Assembly: GCF_009914755.1 (NCBI RefSeq)
Contig: NC_060935.1
Direction: 5' to 3' (one strand)
DNA: 64,000 nt
Origin: the human T2T-CHM13v2.0 reference genome, Homo sapiens
The notes under the pieces were generated by a model that ran no database searches, was not told the origin of the DNA, and saw nothing but the letters and a program-made list of their open reading frames with translations. The translations under genes were made by a program, and so were the position numbers. This document shows, in pieces, positions 11,196 to 23,130 of the stretch (within the stretch, counting starts at the first letter, position 1; each line of letters begins with the position of its first letter).

Positions 11196-12684
11196 CTGAA
11201 AGCAGATCGAAGAGTATCCCACAGGCTGCTCCCCTGCCAACCCACCCCAGCTGTCAGCTGTGCTGCACTAGGAGATGAATGCTCTGGGGCAGCAGCTAGG
11301 GGTTGAGCAAAGCCCCCCGGACAAGGAAGCATCTGAGAGGAGGACTGTGTCCAAGGATAGAATGAAAGCTCAAAGAACCTGCTGTCCCCCAGCTCCCCTA
11401 GGGGCTCCCCTGCCACATAGGACCTGCAGAGATGGGTAGAGGGCAATGGGCCAAGTGCCCGGGGGTTGGGGGTCACCTGCTTAGGCTACGCATGTCTAGG
11501 AGGGGTTAAAGGAAGAGGCTGCTGGGTTGGTCACTCACTCTGAGACCTCGTATCAAGGGAATGTGGTCCCCCATGGGGAAAGCAAAGACCCCTTCTGCCC
11601 TCTTCCCTTCCACCTCCTACATCCGCATCCTTTTCTTTCATGTATGTGTGTTAGATTATAAAATATTGTTCTTACTATGAGCTGTAATCGCTAGTTAAGC
11701 ACTAGTTAAGAAAAGCCCTGACCTGCCAACTGAAGGGGCTGAGTGCCATTGTGAGCTCATCTGAGGAGAAAAAGAATGCTGGACAAAGGCCAGACTAAGG
11801 TCTTTCCATAACATGGACAAGCCCCAGCTGCAGAAGGCCCTGCCCTTCCCTCCTGGGGTGGCCTGGGCCTCGGCTCCTGCCAGGGATCCTGGCACTGTGG
11901 CACCTTCACCAGCCTGCCTGATCTCCTTCCTCTTTTGTGCACACTCTAAGTCTTCCCCAACTTCAGGGGGAATTCCCATAAGCCGGGACAATAAAATACT
12001 AATCACTCGTGTGTGTACTGGCACTTTAGAGTTGATAATAAACGTTCACATCTGTGGCCTCACAAGGGCCTCACCACACCCCTGGGAGGTTGGTATTTTG
12101 GAAGGCCATTTTACAGATAGGAAAGCCAAGGCTCAGAGCTCATCTTGCAGAATCACAGAGTCAGGGTTCTACCCCATGCCTATTTGTCTCTGAGTCACCT
12201 GCCCTTCTTGAGTCAGAAGAGCTTCCTGCACAGTCTTCGTGAACCACGTGTACAGAGTGCTCATTTTGCCTTTGTGAGATTGGTTAAGAATGGGGCCCCG
12301 TGGCCCTGCAGGGCCAGGAACACCTTGGGAACCTGGGGATAGGGCTGGGGGTTACCACAGGGATCTTGGTCTTGTGATACTTTCCAGTGTGACCCATAGT
12401 GGGGCCCTGTGACCTGCCAAGACCAGGAGGTGCCTGGTGGCCTGGGGCATCGGGGTCAGGTGAGTTTTCAGGTGCTCTGGGTTAGAGAGACCAGGCTGGA
12501 ATTTGGCCTGCCTCTAAGGCAGCTGGGCGCCCCAGGCAAGTGACTTCACCTCTTTACATCTCAGTCTCCTATCTGTAAGCTAGAGCGAAGCACCTTGCTT
12601 CGTGGTACTGAGGTCACAGATCATGCCTGTAAAACGCCCAATACACAGTGAGGGTGTGGTGAGCCGTGTCTGTGATGGAGGGGT

Positions 12685-13150
12685 TTTGTTTGTTTGTTTG
12701 TTTGCTCGTTTGTTTTTTTGAGTCTTGCTCTGTCCCCCAGGCTGCAGTGCAGTGGCATGATCTTGGCTCACTGAAACCTCCGCCTCCCAGGTTCAAGCTA
12801 TTCTCCTGCCTCAGCCTCCCATGTAGCTGGGACTACAGGTGTGCACCACCGTGCCTGGCTAATTTTTGTATTGGAATCTTGCCCTGTTGCCCAGGCTGGA
12901 GTGCAGTGCCGCGATCTTGGCTCACTGCGACCTCTGCTGGGTTTAAGGGATTCTCCTGCCTCAGCCTCCCGAGAAGCTGGGATTATATGCACCCGCCACC
13001 ACACCCGGTTAATTTTTGTATTTTTAGTAGAGATGGAGTTTCACCATGTTGGCCAGGCTGGTCTCAAACTCCTGACCTCAAATGATCCACCCGCCTCAGC
13101 CTCCCAAAGTGCTGGGGTTACAGGCGTGAGCCACCACACCACACCCAGCC
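12685..13150 (-). mobile_element. AluS with an extra right monomer (left-right-right) and a (TTTG)n tail
   Basis: Two right arms (12710-12871 and 12872-13020) then a left arm; ggggttttgtttgtttg on both flanks. Confidence 0.85.
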
Positions 13151-14526
13151 GATAGTGGGGTTTTGTTTGTTTGTTTGTGGGAATGCTGGGCTTGCTATGG
13201 AAAAATCTGAATCTGATTGCCTCCATTCCCAACTGCGTTTCCTGGGCAAGCGACATAACCCTTCAGTGCCTGATTCCACATGTGTAAAATGGGCAGACCT
13301 TACCTCCTTCCCCCAGATAAATGGGTGATACACATGAAAGAGCCTGGTCTATAAATGTGTGTCAAACCATGACAAAGATAACAGCCCACGAGCACTTTAC
13401 GGGACCCCATTCCAACCTCTTGACAGCTCTTTGCAGTTGGTATGGTTAGCCTCATTTTATAGATATTGAAACAGAGGTCCAGGCAGGTTAAGAACATGCC
13501 CAAATTCACACACCAGGTAAGTGACAGCTCAGATTCTAACCAGGCCTGCTTGGAGCAAGGAGGGCCTTGAACTACAGTGTCACAAACATCCACAGGACCT
13601 ACCTTCGTCTCTTCAGGGCTTGTATGTGCAGTTTTGCACCATTATGTGATTTGATTCTCACAAGTCTCTCAGTTAGCAAGCTGGGCAGGAATTACTATCC
13701 CCAGTTTGTACACAAGGACCCGGGGCTCAGAGAGACGAAACAGCCCACCTCACCCCCTGAATGAGCTGGTGGTCTTTAGGAACTCTAGCACAGTCGTCTC
13801 ATTCCCAGGCAGCTCAGGCTGTCTCTACCTGAACAGGACCCTCCCATCCAGCCCCAGCTGCCCCATCTTGAAGAGGCCCAGAGGAAAATGGGTGGGCAGG
13901 TGGGGGGAGGGAGCTGGGGAAAGCTGTAAAGCTGGAACAGGAGAAGGGAGTCAGACCAGACAGGGAACTGGTGGGGAGGGGGCATTGGTGGAAAGCCAAG
14001 AACTGCAGAAAGGGCGACACATCCGAAAGTGGGATGGAGTCTCTGCAGGCCCTGGGTCTGGGGGTATCTAGCTCTGGTCTGGGTAGAGCAAGTGCTCTGC
14101 TGTCAGAGCCTGAGAGGCAGGTGGAAAGTGGCTGGACCCCAAGACCAGGGCAAGAGGAGAGTTCTGGAGCCTCAAGACCTGAAGAAGAACTGCCCATGAA
14201 GAGAACTACAAGTCCCAACAGGGACATCAGGATGGAAGGGCAGCCCCCAGACCAGAGGAGAGCAGCATCCAGAGTGAGGTCCCCGCTCCACCCCCTGACT
14301 CTGACCCTCAACCCAAACCCTCCCAGACATCAAGAAGAGTTCTCATCTTCAGGGATCATCTGAGTAAGAGATTCCACACCAACCTTCTTTAGGCACTTCA
14401 CGGCCTGCTGCCCCACGCTGCTGGAAGTTCTTCTGGATACCTAACCTGTTATAGCACTAACTCATTTCTTTTCCCCAATTCTTGGAGAACAACTGCTGAG
14501 ACTCTAGCCTCCCACCGCTGGCCTGA

Positions 14527-14884
<358 letters not shown>

Positions 14885-15981
14885 GAGACTTCTTATCCAA
14901 GGTCCCAAGCTACAAGGGGCAGAACCAGGACCAGAACCCAAGCTTCCCAAATCCTGGCCTTTGGCAGTGAGCCGAAGACTCAGAAGTGGAAGTGAAATGA
15001 CCAACTCCTTGATGTGTCCTGGTGTCTCCACAACCTGCCTGCAGACCAAAGGCTTCTCAGCCTGCTCAGGGGCAGGTGCACAGGGTGGAGCAGGGGAGTG
15101 TGGTCAACTCTGAGCCACATCCCTGGCCTAACCTTGCCAACCATTCTTTCCTGACCATGCCTCTCCTCCCCACCTACCCGTGGGGTAGTCTCTGAGGTTA
15201 CCCCCTGCAGTAACACAATTGTAAGCCCTTACCATGACATGGAACAGGCCCACACCCCAGGCTGTCACTGCTACCACCTGGCTATGCCTCTGCAGCTCCC
15301 AAGGGTCCTCACCCAAGGCTTGTTCAGGGCCCTCCAGACGTGTTGGGGCAGGAAGGCAGGGCAGGGGTCCGCAGGAAAGCGGTAAGGGACAAGCCAGGGA
15401 GGGCTAAAAGGAGCAGCCCCTGGCTCTGGGAGTCTTTCCAAAGCCTGTCCCTGGACAGAAGTCTATAAGCATTTTTACTCCCACTTTACAGACTGAGAGG
15501 TAGAGGCCCAAAACATTTGTGTGCTTTGCCCAAAGTTGTTCAGGCCCATCTCACAGCAGAGGAGGGACTAAACCCAAGGCCCCCCACTTCCAGCCCAGGG
15601 GTCTCGACACCACAGCTCCCAGGGTTAGATCCCCCCTGAGGCGAATGGGATGTTTTTCTGGTTTCCAGTTGCAGACTCTGCCCCTTGGGCCGTTACCTGG
15701 TGGGGATGGTAGTAAGTTAGCCAGCCCCTGAGTATGTCCAGCTCTTGTCCTCTCCTGGACCTTCTGGGGGCCCAGCCAGTGAGAGAGGGGGCCTGAGTGA
15801 TGTGGGCTCATGGTTGCTTCATCTCAGTGGTTATGGAGCTGCTGCTGTGGATCGAGCCCCAGGCTCTGCATAATGAGAGTTCTTCAGCCATAAGCAGCAG
15901 CCTGAACTTGGGAAATATGCACTTCAGGTCCCCCAGAGCCTGGGCTTGCAGTGTGAACCACCCTATAAAAAGCTCTCCCGC

Positions 15982-16217
15982 AATTGAACAATGAGAACAC
16001 TTGGACACAGGATGGGGAACATCACACACCAGGGCCTGTCGGGGAGTGGGGAGACGGGGGAGGGATAGCATTAGGAGAAATACCTAATGTAAAGGACGAG
16101 TTAATGGGTGCAGCACACCAACATGGCACATGTATACATATGTAACAAACCTGCACATTGTGCACATGTACCCTAGAACTTAAAGTATAATAATTTAAAA
16201 AAAAAAAAAAAAAAAAA
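15982..16217 (+). mobile_element. 5'-truncated L1PA (about PA4-5) 3' end with poly(A), antisense to TMPRSS13
   Basis: aattgaacaatgagaacacttggacacagg...cctagaacttaaagtataataa plus A-tail; TSD aaaaagctctcc. Confidence 0.93.
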
Positions 16218-16422
16218 GCTCTCCTTCTAGTCCTGAAGAATGTCCAGCAGGGAGCAGTAGCTGCTTCATGGCCTGAGGGCGGGTGCATCAGGGCCCGTTT
16301 CAGTCCAGTTTAAGCCAATTGGGCCTCCCTCCTCAGCCCTGGGCCATCCCTTCGTAAAGCTACCACCCAGGGTTGGGCATATCACAGGCTGTCAGAGTTG
16401 CAAAGACTCTGAAAACCCTCTA

Positions 16423-16596
16423 AGCTGGGCGTGGTGGCGCCGGCCTGTAGTCCCAGCTACTTGGGAGGCTGAGGTGGGAAAATGGCTTGAGGCCAGAAGC
16501 TGAAGACCAACCTAGGCAACATAGCAAGACCCCATCTCAAAGAAAAGAAAAGAAAAGAAAAGAAAAGAAAAGAAAAGAAAAGAAAAGAAAAGAAAA
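16423..16596 (+). mobile_element. FLAM/Alu monomer with (GAAAA)11 tail
   Basis: gctgggcgtggtggcgc...agcaagaccccatctc followed by the pentamer repeat. Confidence 0.85.
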
Positions 16597-18362
16597 CCTA
16601 CCCAGGCCCTTTATACTATTGTTGAGGCGATGAAGGCCCAGAAAGGCTGTGTGACTTGCTCACGGACACACAGCCAGGTGGGGACGGTGCCAATTCTAGA
16701 ACCATGATCTTCTGGCCCCCATCCTTGGGCTGTTACACAACACTCTGCTCTTCCCCTCTCTGTCCCTTACCAGCCTCCATGAGAAAGGACCCTTCCCAGA
16801 CAGAGGCCCCCGTGGCAGCGTCTCTCTCCCAGTGACCCTGGGCATCAAGGGCGCCCATAGGGTGGGCACGGGCAGACCATGGGCCAACAACCCAGCACTC
16901 TGGGCTAGGCAGGAAGAAAAACCCCTCACTAAACCCTTCTGGAAGCACTGGCGGCACTGAGAAAGATCAGGATCTCCCTTTGACAGAGCCTAAAAACCCT
17001 CCTTGCCTGTTGGGAACCTGGGGAGCCCTGGGGTTGTGGCAGGGGAGGCCTGAACCCTTCCCAGCGAGGGCCCGGCTGGACTGGGTGACTTTTTTCCCTT
17101 TCTCACGGCTAGACCCAGGCTTCACTGTACCTCCAGGTTCCCAAGGCCCTTTCCTACTCTCCCCCTCCCCGAACCCAGAGAAACCCCACAAATACAGGCT
17201 CTCCTCAGCACACAGGCATCTTCCCCACCACCTCCTCACCCAGCACCAGCATCTCCAGCACACACGCAGTATACAGCTCAGGGACTTGGGTCAGCCCTTG
17301 AGGCAGACTGAACTCTGGAAGGGGCCAGAGCTGCAGGGTCTGCCTCGCCCTGGGGGTGGGGGGCACGGGGAGCCTCGCTTCTGCTCCTAGGCCGCCGTGT
17401 GACCTTGGGGACAGTCACATCCTTCTCTGGGCCTCAGCTCCCTCTTCAATAAATTAAGGGTGTTGGACAATCAGCAGTTTTCAAACAGGGTTCCACAGAG
17501 CATTTCAGTTTCCGTGGAGGTGCCTTGCAGACCAGCTGGTGGGGACTGTGGTGGGCTCTGAGCCCTTACCCCACCTCAACAGAGAAGACCGACCTTTCAG
17601 TTTCATACAGCGGAGTCAACATAACATTCATTTGAACAAAAGAGGCAGCTGCTACAACGAACTTGAAAGGGACTGGCCAGAGTAAGTGCTGAAGTCCCTT
17701 CTAGTTTCCGATGCCTCCTGTGCACATGAAAAAGCTCAAGGAATCCCTGTTAGACCAGAATCAAGACGCCTCCTTGTTCATTCATTCGTTCATTCACTCA
17801 TTCATTCATTCATTTATCAAATGCTGTAAAGAACATGGAGTGCCCACTATTGCCCAGCAAATAATGTTTGATTGCCCAGGAACTTGCTGCCTCAATGTTT
17901 CCCTGTGTCTGTGCCTTCTCTTGCTGCCAGTCCTAGGGTAGTGACACACTCAGGGCTGGTACATAATGGGGGCCCCTCTAAAGTTTTGGGTATTGCTTCC
18001 CTCCTAGGGAAACCAACCCCCATCTGGTGCTGTCAAGGCCTCCACTTGACGGCTAAAGCCAGGGTTCCCTGTGGTGGCTTCCCTCATGCCTGCACCACCA
18101 GTGCCCTGCCCACTTGGCCAGGCACATCCACCCTTGTTGTTGCTATACCAAGAGGAATCTGTTCTGCCAAAACAAGACACTTAAGCTAAGTGGCCATTGT
18201 TACATCAGTTGTCCTTCCCACCCAGCTCCCCAGCCCAGGGCCCAATACACACACTCCCGCACGCTTACGCTCACATCTGCCAAGTCTCAGGGGACAATGC
18301 AGGGGAAATCGAGGTGGCTGTGCCAAAGGAAGTCTGCTCCTCACCAATGACAACATGAAACA

Positions 18363-18710
18363 GAGGACAAGGTGAGGGCTGCACACCTGCAGGGGCACAG
18401 GGCAGGTACCAGGGTCCTTGGAGGACGAGGTGAAGGCTGCACACCTGCAGGGGCATAGGGCAGGTGCCAGGGTCCTTGGAGGACGAGGTGAGGGATGCAC
18501 ACCTGCAGAGGCATAGGGCAGGTGCCAGGGTCCTTGGAGGACGAGGTGAGGGCTACACACCTGCAGGGGCATAGGGCAGGTGCCAGGGTCCTTGGAGGAC
18601 GAGGTGAGGGATGCACACCTGCAGAGGCATAGGGCAGGTGCCAGGGTCCTTGGAGGACGAGGTGAGGGCTACACACCTGCAGGGGCATAGGGCAGGTGCC
18701 AGGGTCCTTG
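18363..18710. repeat. Minisatellite, 6 x 58 bp
   Basis: Units start at 18363, 18421, 18479, 18537, 18595 and 18653; consensus gaggacgaggtgagggctgcacacctgcaggggcatagggcaggtgccagggtccttg. Confidence 0.97.
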
Positions 18711-19355
18711 GGGTGCCTGGGGCTGGGATGGGGCTGGGACACGGCATGGCAGAGTGACTTGACCCGCGGGTGAGCCATCTCAGGAACTGCCCAGCTCCTC
18801 TGGAAAGGGTGCCTTATCCTGGACCAGCGGTGGGCCCCCAGACGGTTCTCACCAATCCCTAGCACCTGTGGCCTTGGGCTAATTTGGAACCTGTTCCACT
18901 TGAAGAAGGCCCAGTATAAGAAAATCCACTCCACAAAGGAATGTTGCTTCATCAATGGGTCTAATTCAGTCTTTCTTTAATAAGCATTGCACTGCTCTGA
19001 GAATTAAAAATGAGAATTGAAAAAGCACAAAATACGCATTGTCAAGAACAAATCTGGTGTGGCGCACCTGTCATCCCCGTTCTATGTAATTCCAGACTGT
19101 CAGGGAGCCAGAAAGGAGCCTCAGGGGGGAATGTGTCCAACCCTCTTCTTTGGTGGGGAAGCTGAGGCACAGGTAGAAGAAGATGTTTGTCCAAATTTAT
19201 AGGAGCCCACCCCAAATTCTAGGCAGTGATGATAAATTTCAACATTCTCTGACTCCATCTCTATCTATCTATCTCTATCTCTCTATGCCAGATGCTATTC
19301 TAAATGAGCCTTACTATGGGAAGGACACTATTTTGAGACTCCTTGAGGTAGGTAT

Positions 19356-19733
19356 TATTAAATTAAGCTTAGCCTAAAGCTGCCTCCTTACATATTTTAA
19401 GTTCGGATCAAAAGGTTTCTCTGTACATAATGAACTATAACTCAACTGGACGTGTAAACAGACTGTAAACTACTCTTGTTAACAATCACCAATTTTGCAC
19501 AATCAAAGGCAGCCAACTGTTCAAACAGTGTTCAAATAAGGCTATTTCTGTACCTCACTTCCTTTTTCCATACGCTGCTTGCCTTTTTCTGTCCATAAAT
19601 CCTCTCCGACCACGCAGCTGTGTGGGAATCTCTCTGAATCTATTCTCCTTCGGGGGACTGCTCCATTTGAGAATTGTTCTTTGCTCAATTAAACTCTGTT
19701 AAATTTAGTTTGTCCAACATTCTTCTTTTGAGA
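19356..19733 (+). mobile_element. MER57-family ERV1 solo LTR inserted into a MIR
   Basis: ttaaattaagcttagcctaaagctgcctccttacatattttaagttcgg matches the recalled MER57 5' end; MIR text resumes afterwards (attttacagatgaagaaact). Confidence 0.8.
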
Positions 19734-21677
19734 GTAGTATTATTATTCCATTTTACAGATGAAGAAACTAAGGTACAGAAAGGTGAAGTGGCTTGCCCAA
19801 AGCTGACGGGGAACATGGTCAGTTCTCTGTCCACCACGACATGCAACTTTCTTTTGAATATGAGAAACTGAGACCCTTCTCCACCTCTTTTCCAAGATCC
19901 CTCTGAAGATCCAGCAGCTGACAGAGGAGTGCCATCAGGCTCAAGCCCACTGGCCACCATCTTCCTCACGACATTTTGGAGTTGAGGGACAGAAATCACA
20001 ATGCATCTCTCTGCAATAAAGCCCTCAAGGAGAAGGCACAAGCTCAGGTGACCAGCTTCTCCCAGACCACTCCTATTTAATCAAGGTTAAGAAACCTGCT
20101 GCAGATGGGAATACGAGCCCCAACTATAGGCTCACTCTCTCAGAGTTCCATCTTAAATAGGGGAGTGAAGTTAAGAACCTTAAATAAGAATGTAATGATT
20201 CCATTCTTCCATTCCAAGGTAAGTTTGGACAATCTTTTTTTCAGAATGAATATGGCACCTATCATAATATTTGACACTTAATTCATAGATTAATTGGGAG
20301 TTCCTCAAAGAAGTCTGTTCTCTGTCCTGTATCCCTCCAGCAGCCTTCATGTTGATCCCTGACTCTGAAGAGATGAGCTTCCTGGGAAGATATCGCCCCA
20401 TCACCCTGTCTCAGGGATGGACTATCCATCTCCAGTGGGAGCATGGCCACCCTCCGGATAGCTCAGCCCTTCTCACTCTTGGGTTTAGGGACCATCTAGT
20501 TTAGGCTCCCAGCATATTGCCAAGGAGGATGCCCCATGGCTGTGACTAAGGGTTCACCTTCTGCATGCCCTTGTGTACCCCCCTTACTGCTCAACAGTAA
20601 GAGGCTCTGATAACCCCCCAAGGCCTAGGGCCAAGTGACTTTGGTGAGGTAGAGACATGAACGAAGGAGCCCAGAGCAGAGGGCAAGGGAGGCAGCCTGG
20701 GAAAGAAAAGTCAAGAGGGGGCTGGAAGAATGGTGGGAAAAAAATGATGGTAAAGTTTGCAGAAACACATTGGGGGTGCAGAATGGACCACAAGCCAACT
20801 ATAAGCCAAAACATAGGATGAGCTGATCTTTCCCAAACCCAGTGCTAGCCCATTCTTCCCAGAGTCCCAGGCTCTACCATGTCGGTAAGGTACAGAGAAT
20901 TTGGAGGGGGCAGAAAACAAGACCTAAAGGAGAAATGAGAGCACAAAAGGGATTTCCTGGAGGAAAAGAAAGTGGAGGCACAGCAGAACAAGATCTTTGG
21001 AAGCCTTCATGTGTGTATGACTGGCTTTCCCACAGAGGACAGGCCAGCTGCTTTCTCCTACCCCAAGAGCAGCAGAAGAAAGGAAGTTGAGTGGTAGCAG
21101 GACTTGTGGTTAAACATCAAGAAGCACTTCCCAAGCATGAAAGTTATTAAGTCCAAAAAGAAGTGACCAACGGAGGTTGAAACATCCCCTTGAAAATCTT
21201 GAATGCACCCAGAAAGTCACAGTTTTCTGGGAAGGTTTAGGAGTGTAGTGAGGGGTTTAGACAAGATGCCCCTGAATTGCAGTTAGAATGCTTTTGATTT
21301 TCCAACCAGCAAAAATGAGATTAAAGTAGATTAGCCTGGATTCCCAATCGGCAAAGTTGGTGCTGTAACACTATGGATGCCCGGCAGGAGTGCTCACAGA
21401 CCACAGAGCAGGAAACCCACGACTCAGCCACATAGCCCTGGGGTGCTCACCAGCCAGACCCCAAATCCCAGCAGCTTCTCCTCCCAGGGGCTTTTTCTAG
21501 AACCACGTTAAAAGGAGACCAAGAGATCTTGATCGTAAGTAGCTTCAAACTAGAAGAGGCACAGCCAGTTTCCCCCAAACCTGAAACACAGAGGTAGCCG
21601 TCCCACCTGTCTCCCAGCCTCAGCCCTGCTTCCTCAGCGCTGGGAGAATCTGGCCCGAGGCCTGAGGTCACACTCAC

Positions 21678-21698
21678 CCCGTGGCTGTCCCTCTCCAT
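21678..21698 (-). CDS. TMPRSS13: TMPRSS13 coding exon 1 (MERDSHG)
   Basis: Minus strand reads gagaccATGGAGAGGGACAGCCACGGG|gtgagt: strong Kozak context, consensus donor, phase 0, joins in frame to NASPART of exon 2. Matches the recalled TMPRSS13 N-terminus. Confidence 0.95.
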
Positions 21699-21800
21699 GG
21701 TCTCTGAGAGGAAGAGTCCTCCAGGCTTAGCTGATGTCGAGGAGAAGATCCATCTTGGCCCCTGGCTTCTCAGGCATGTAGGGTAAAGGAGTTGGAGGGC
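21699..21800 (-). other. TMPRSS13: TMPRSS13 5' UTR (approximate; TSS not determinable)
   Basis: Lies between the start codon and the GC-box promoter. Confidence 0.55.
21727..21777 (-). other. Candidate uORF MPEKPGAKMDLLLDIS* with a second in-frame ATG at 21753
   Basis: ATG at 21777 and aagATGG at 21753 are in frame to TAA at 21729-21727, 28 nt before the main ATG. Confidence 0.55.
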
Positions 21801-21822
21801 CAAGGGCCAGCCCCCACCAAAT

Positions 21823-21840
21823 GGGGCGGGGAAGCCGGTT
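21823..21840. promoter_or_regulatory. Proximal promoter: SP/KLF GC box GGGGCGGGG (21823-21831) next to GRHL-like AGCCGGTT (21833-21840)
   Basis: Motifs read directly ~125-140 bp upstream of the ATG; GRHL consensus AACCGGTT with one mismatch. Confidence 0.55.
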
Positions 21841-22819
21841 GGGATGTGTGAAGTAATCCCCAGTATAAACAACACAGAACTAGCCAGACCTGTTCCTCTG
21901 CCCCTCATCGAGGCCATCCCAGTTACTCAGCGAATACCAAATTCCAAATACCGGGAACCTGAAGCTGCCTTTACTCGTGAAACTGCCCCCACAGAAGCAG
22001 AAGAGTGTTCTGAGCTACTTCTTCAGAGGGGCCCTGAGAGAAAGGGCAGAGCCTTGAGAGGATGGTCTTGGTCCTGTTGACCTGAGCCCCTGAAACAGAT
22101 GCTCCAGAGCCTTCTGAGGGATGACCCTATCCCCACAGGGGACGTTCCAGGCCAGGGGCAGAGCCCCACCTATGGCAGGACAGTGGGAACCTTCATCTCC
22201 AAGGACCAGGTGTCCAAATCCCAAATCAGGGCACATGGTCTCTGGGCGCGTGGTCTGGCAATTGCTTTCTCCTGAACTCTGTTTGTTTTTATGAAACTCT
22301 TAACAAAGAAATGAAAATCAAATGACCTTTAATTATGCACATCATGAATTGCCCTCTATTGAAAACAATAAAGTGTCAGAAGCAACACATCAAAGTCAAT
22401 GAAATAAAACATAACTATCTGAATGGAAACTGTTCCAAGAAACATTGGGCTGACTCGTGATCCCAAACCTATACCCTATTCTGATCCTCAGAGTCAAAAG
22501 AAGTAAAGGAAGGGCTATTGCAAAAGGAGTCCTTAGCACCTCCGGCTAAGTTCCAGCTGAGCTGCTGCTGAGAACTGCAAAAAAAAAAAAAGAAAAAGGA
22601 GTTCCTGTTGAGGTTTGGGAAGAACTTTCTTGAGCATTCAGAGGCACCAAGATTTTTAGAGTTTGAAAGAAGCTCATGGATCTTTAGTGGTTCACTCTTT
22701 TCATTTTACAGACTGCGAGACAGAGGGCCAGAGAGGCTAAGGAATGTGCTCAAGTCACACAGCAAACAACAGCAGCAGCAATAATCTTAAGATGCCAAGA
22801 ATCCTGCGAAACACTTCAC

Positions 22820-23130
22820 ACGCATCCTTCACGTGTTCATTCAACAAATATGTATTGAGTGCCTGGCATTGCTTTAGGTGCTGGGGACACAGGAACAAAA
22901 TAGGCAAAGCCTCCTGCCCTGTGGCTCTAGTATTTGCGGGTTGGGGGGAAAAAGCAGACAAAAATCAATAAATCAGTTACACAGCCTCCTAGAAAGTGAA
23001 AAGTGCCGTTCACAAAAACAAAGCAGCGAAAGGATCCAGAAGGTAGGGGAGGCAGAGTCCTGGCAGTTGGGAACAGGATGGTCAGAGAGGGCTCTCTGTG
23101 GTGACATATTTGAGCAAAAACTGAAAGGAA
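22820..23130 (-). mobile_element. L2 LINE 3' fragment
   Basis: ttcattcaacaaatatgtattgagtgcct...ggtgacatatttgagc. Confidence 0.65.

Noticed and set aside
10795-11476. Repetitive ORFs in other frames or strands over exon 2 (GDAWAGDAR, LEMPG, HLQP repeats)
   Set aside because: By-products of a stop-free 15-bp repeat; only the ASPA frame has splice sites in phase with neighbouring exons.
12580-13333. Alu-derived ORFs here and at the other Alus
   Set aside because: Standard Alu translation artefacts.
18186-18955. Repetitive 128-204 aa ORFs across the 58-bp array; CRISPR-like appearance
   Set aside because: Head-to-tail minisatellite with no unique spacers, no cas genes and a eukaryotic context; the ORFs are repeat artefacts.
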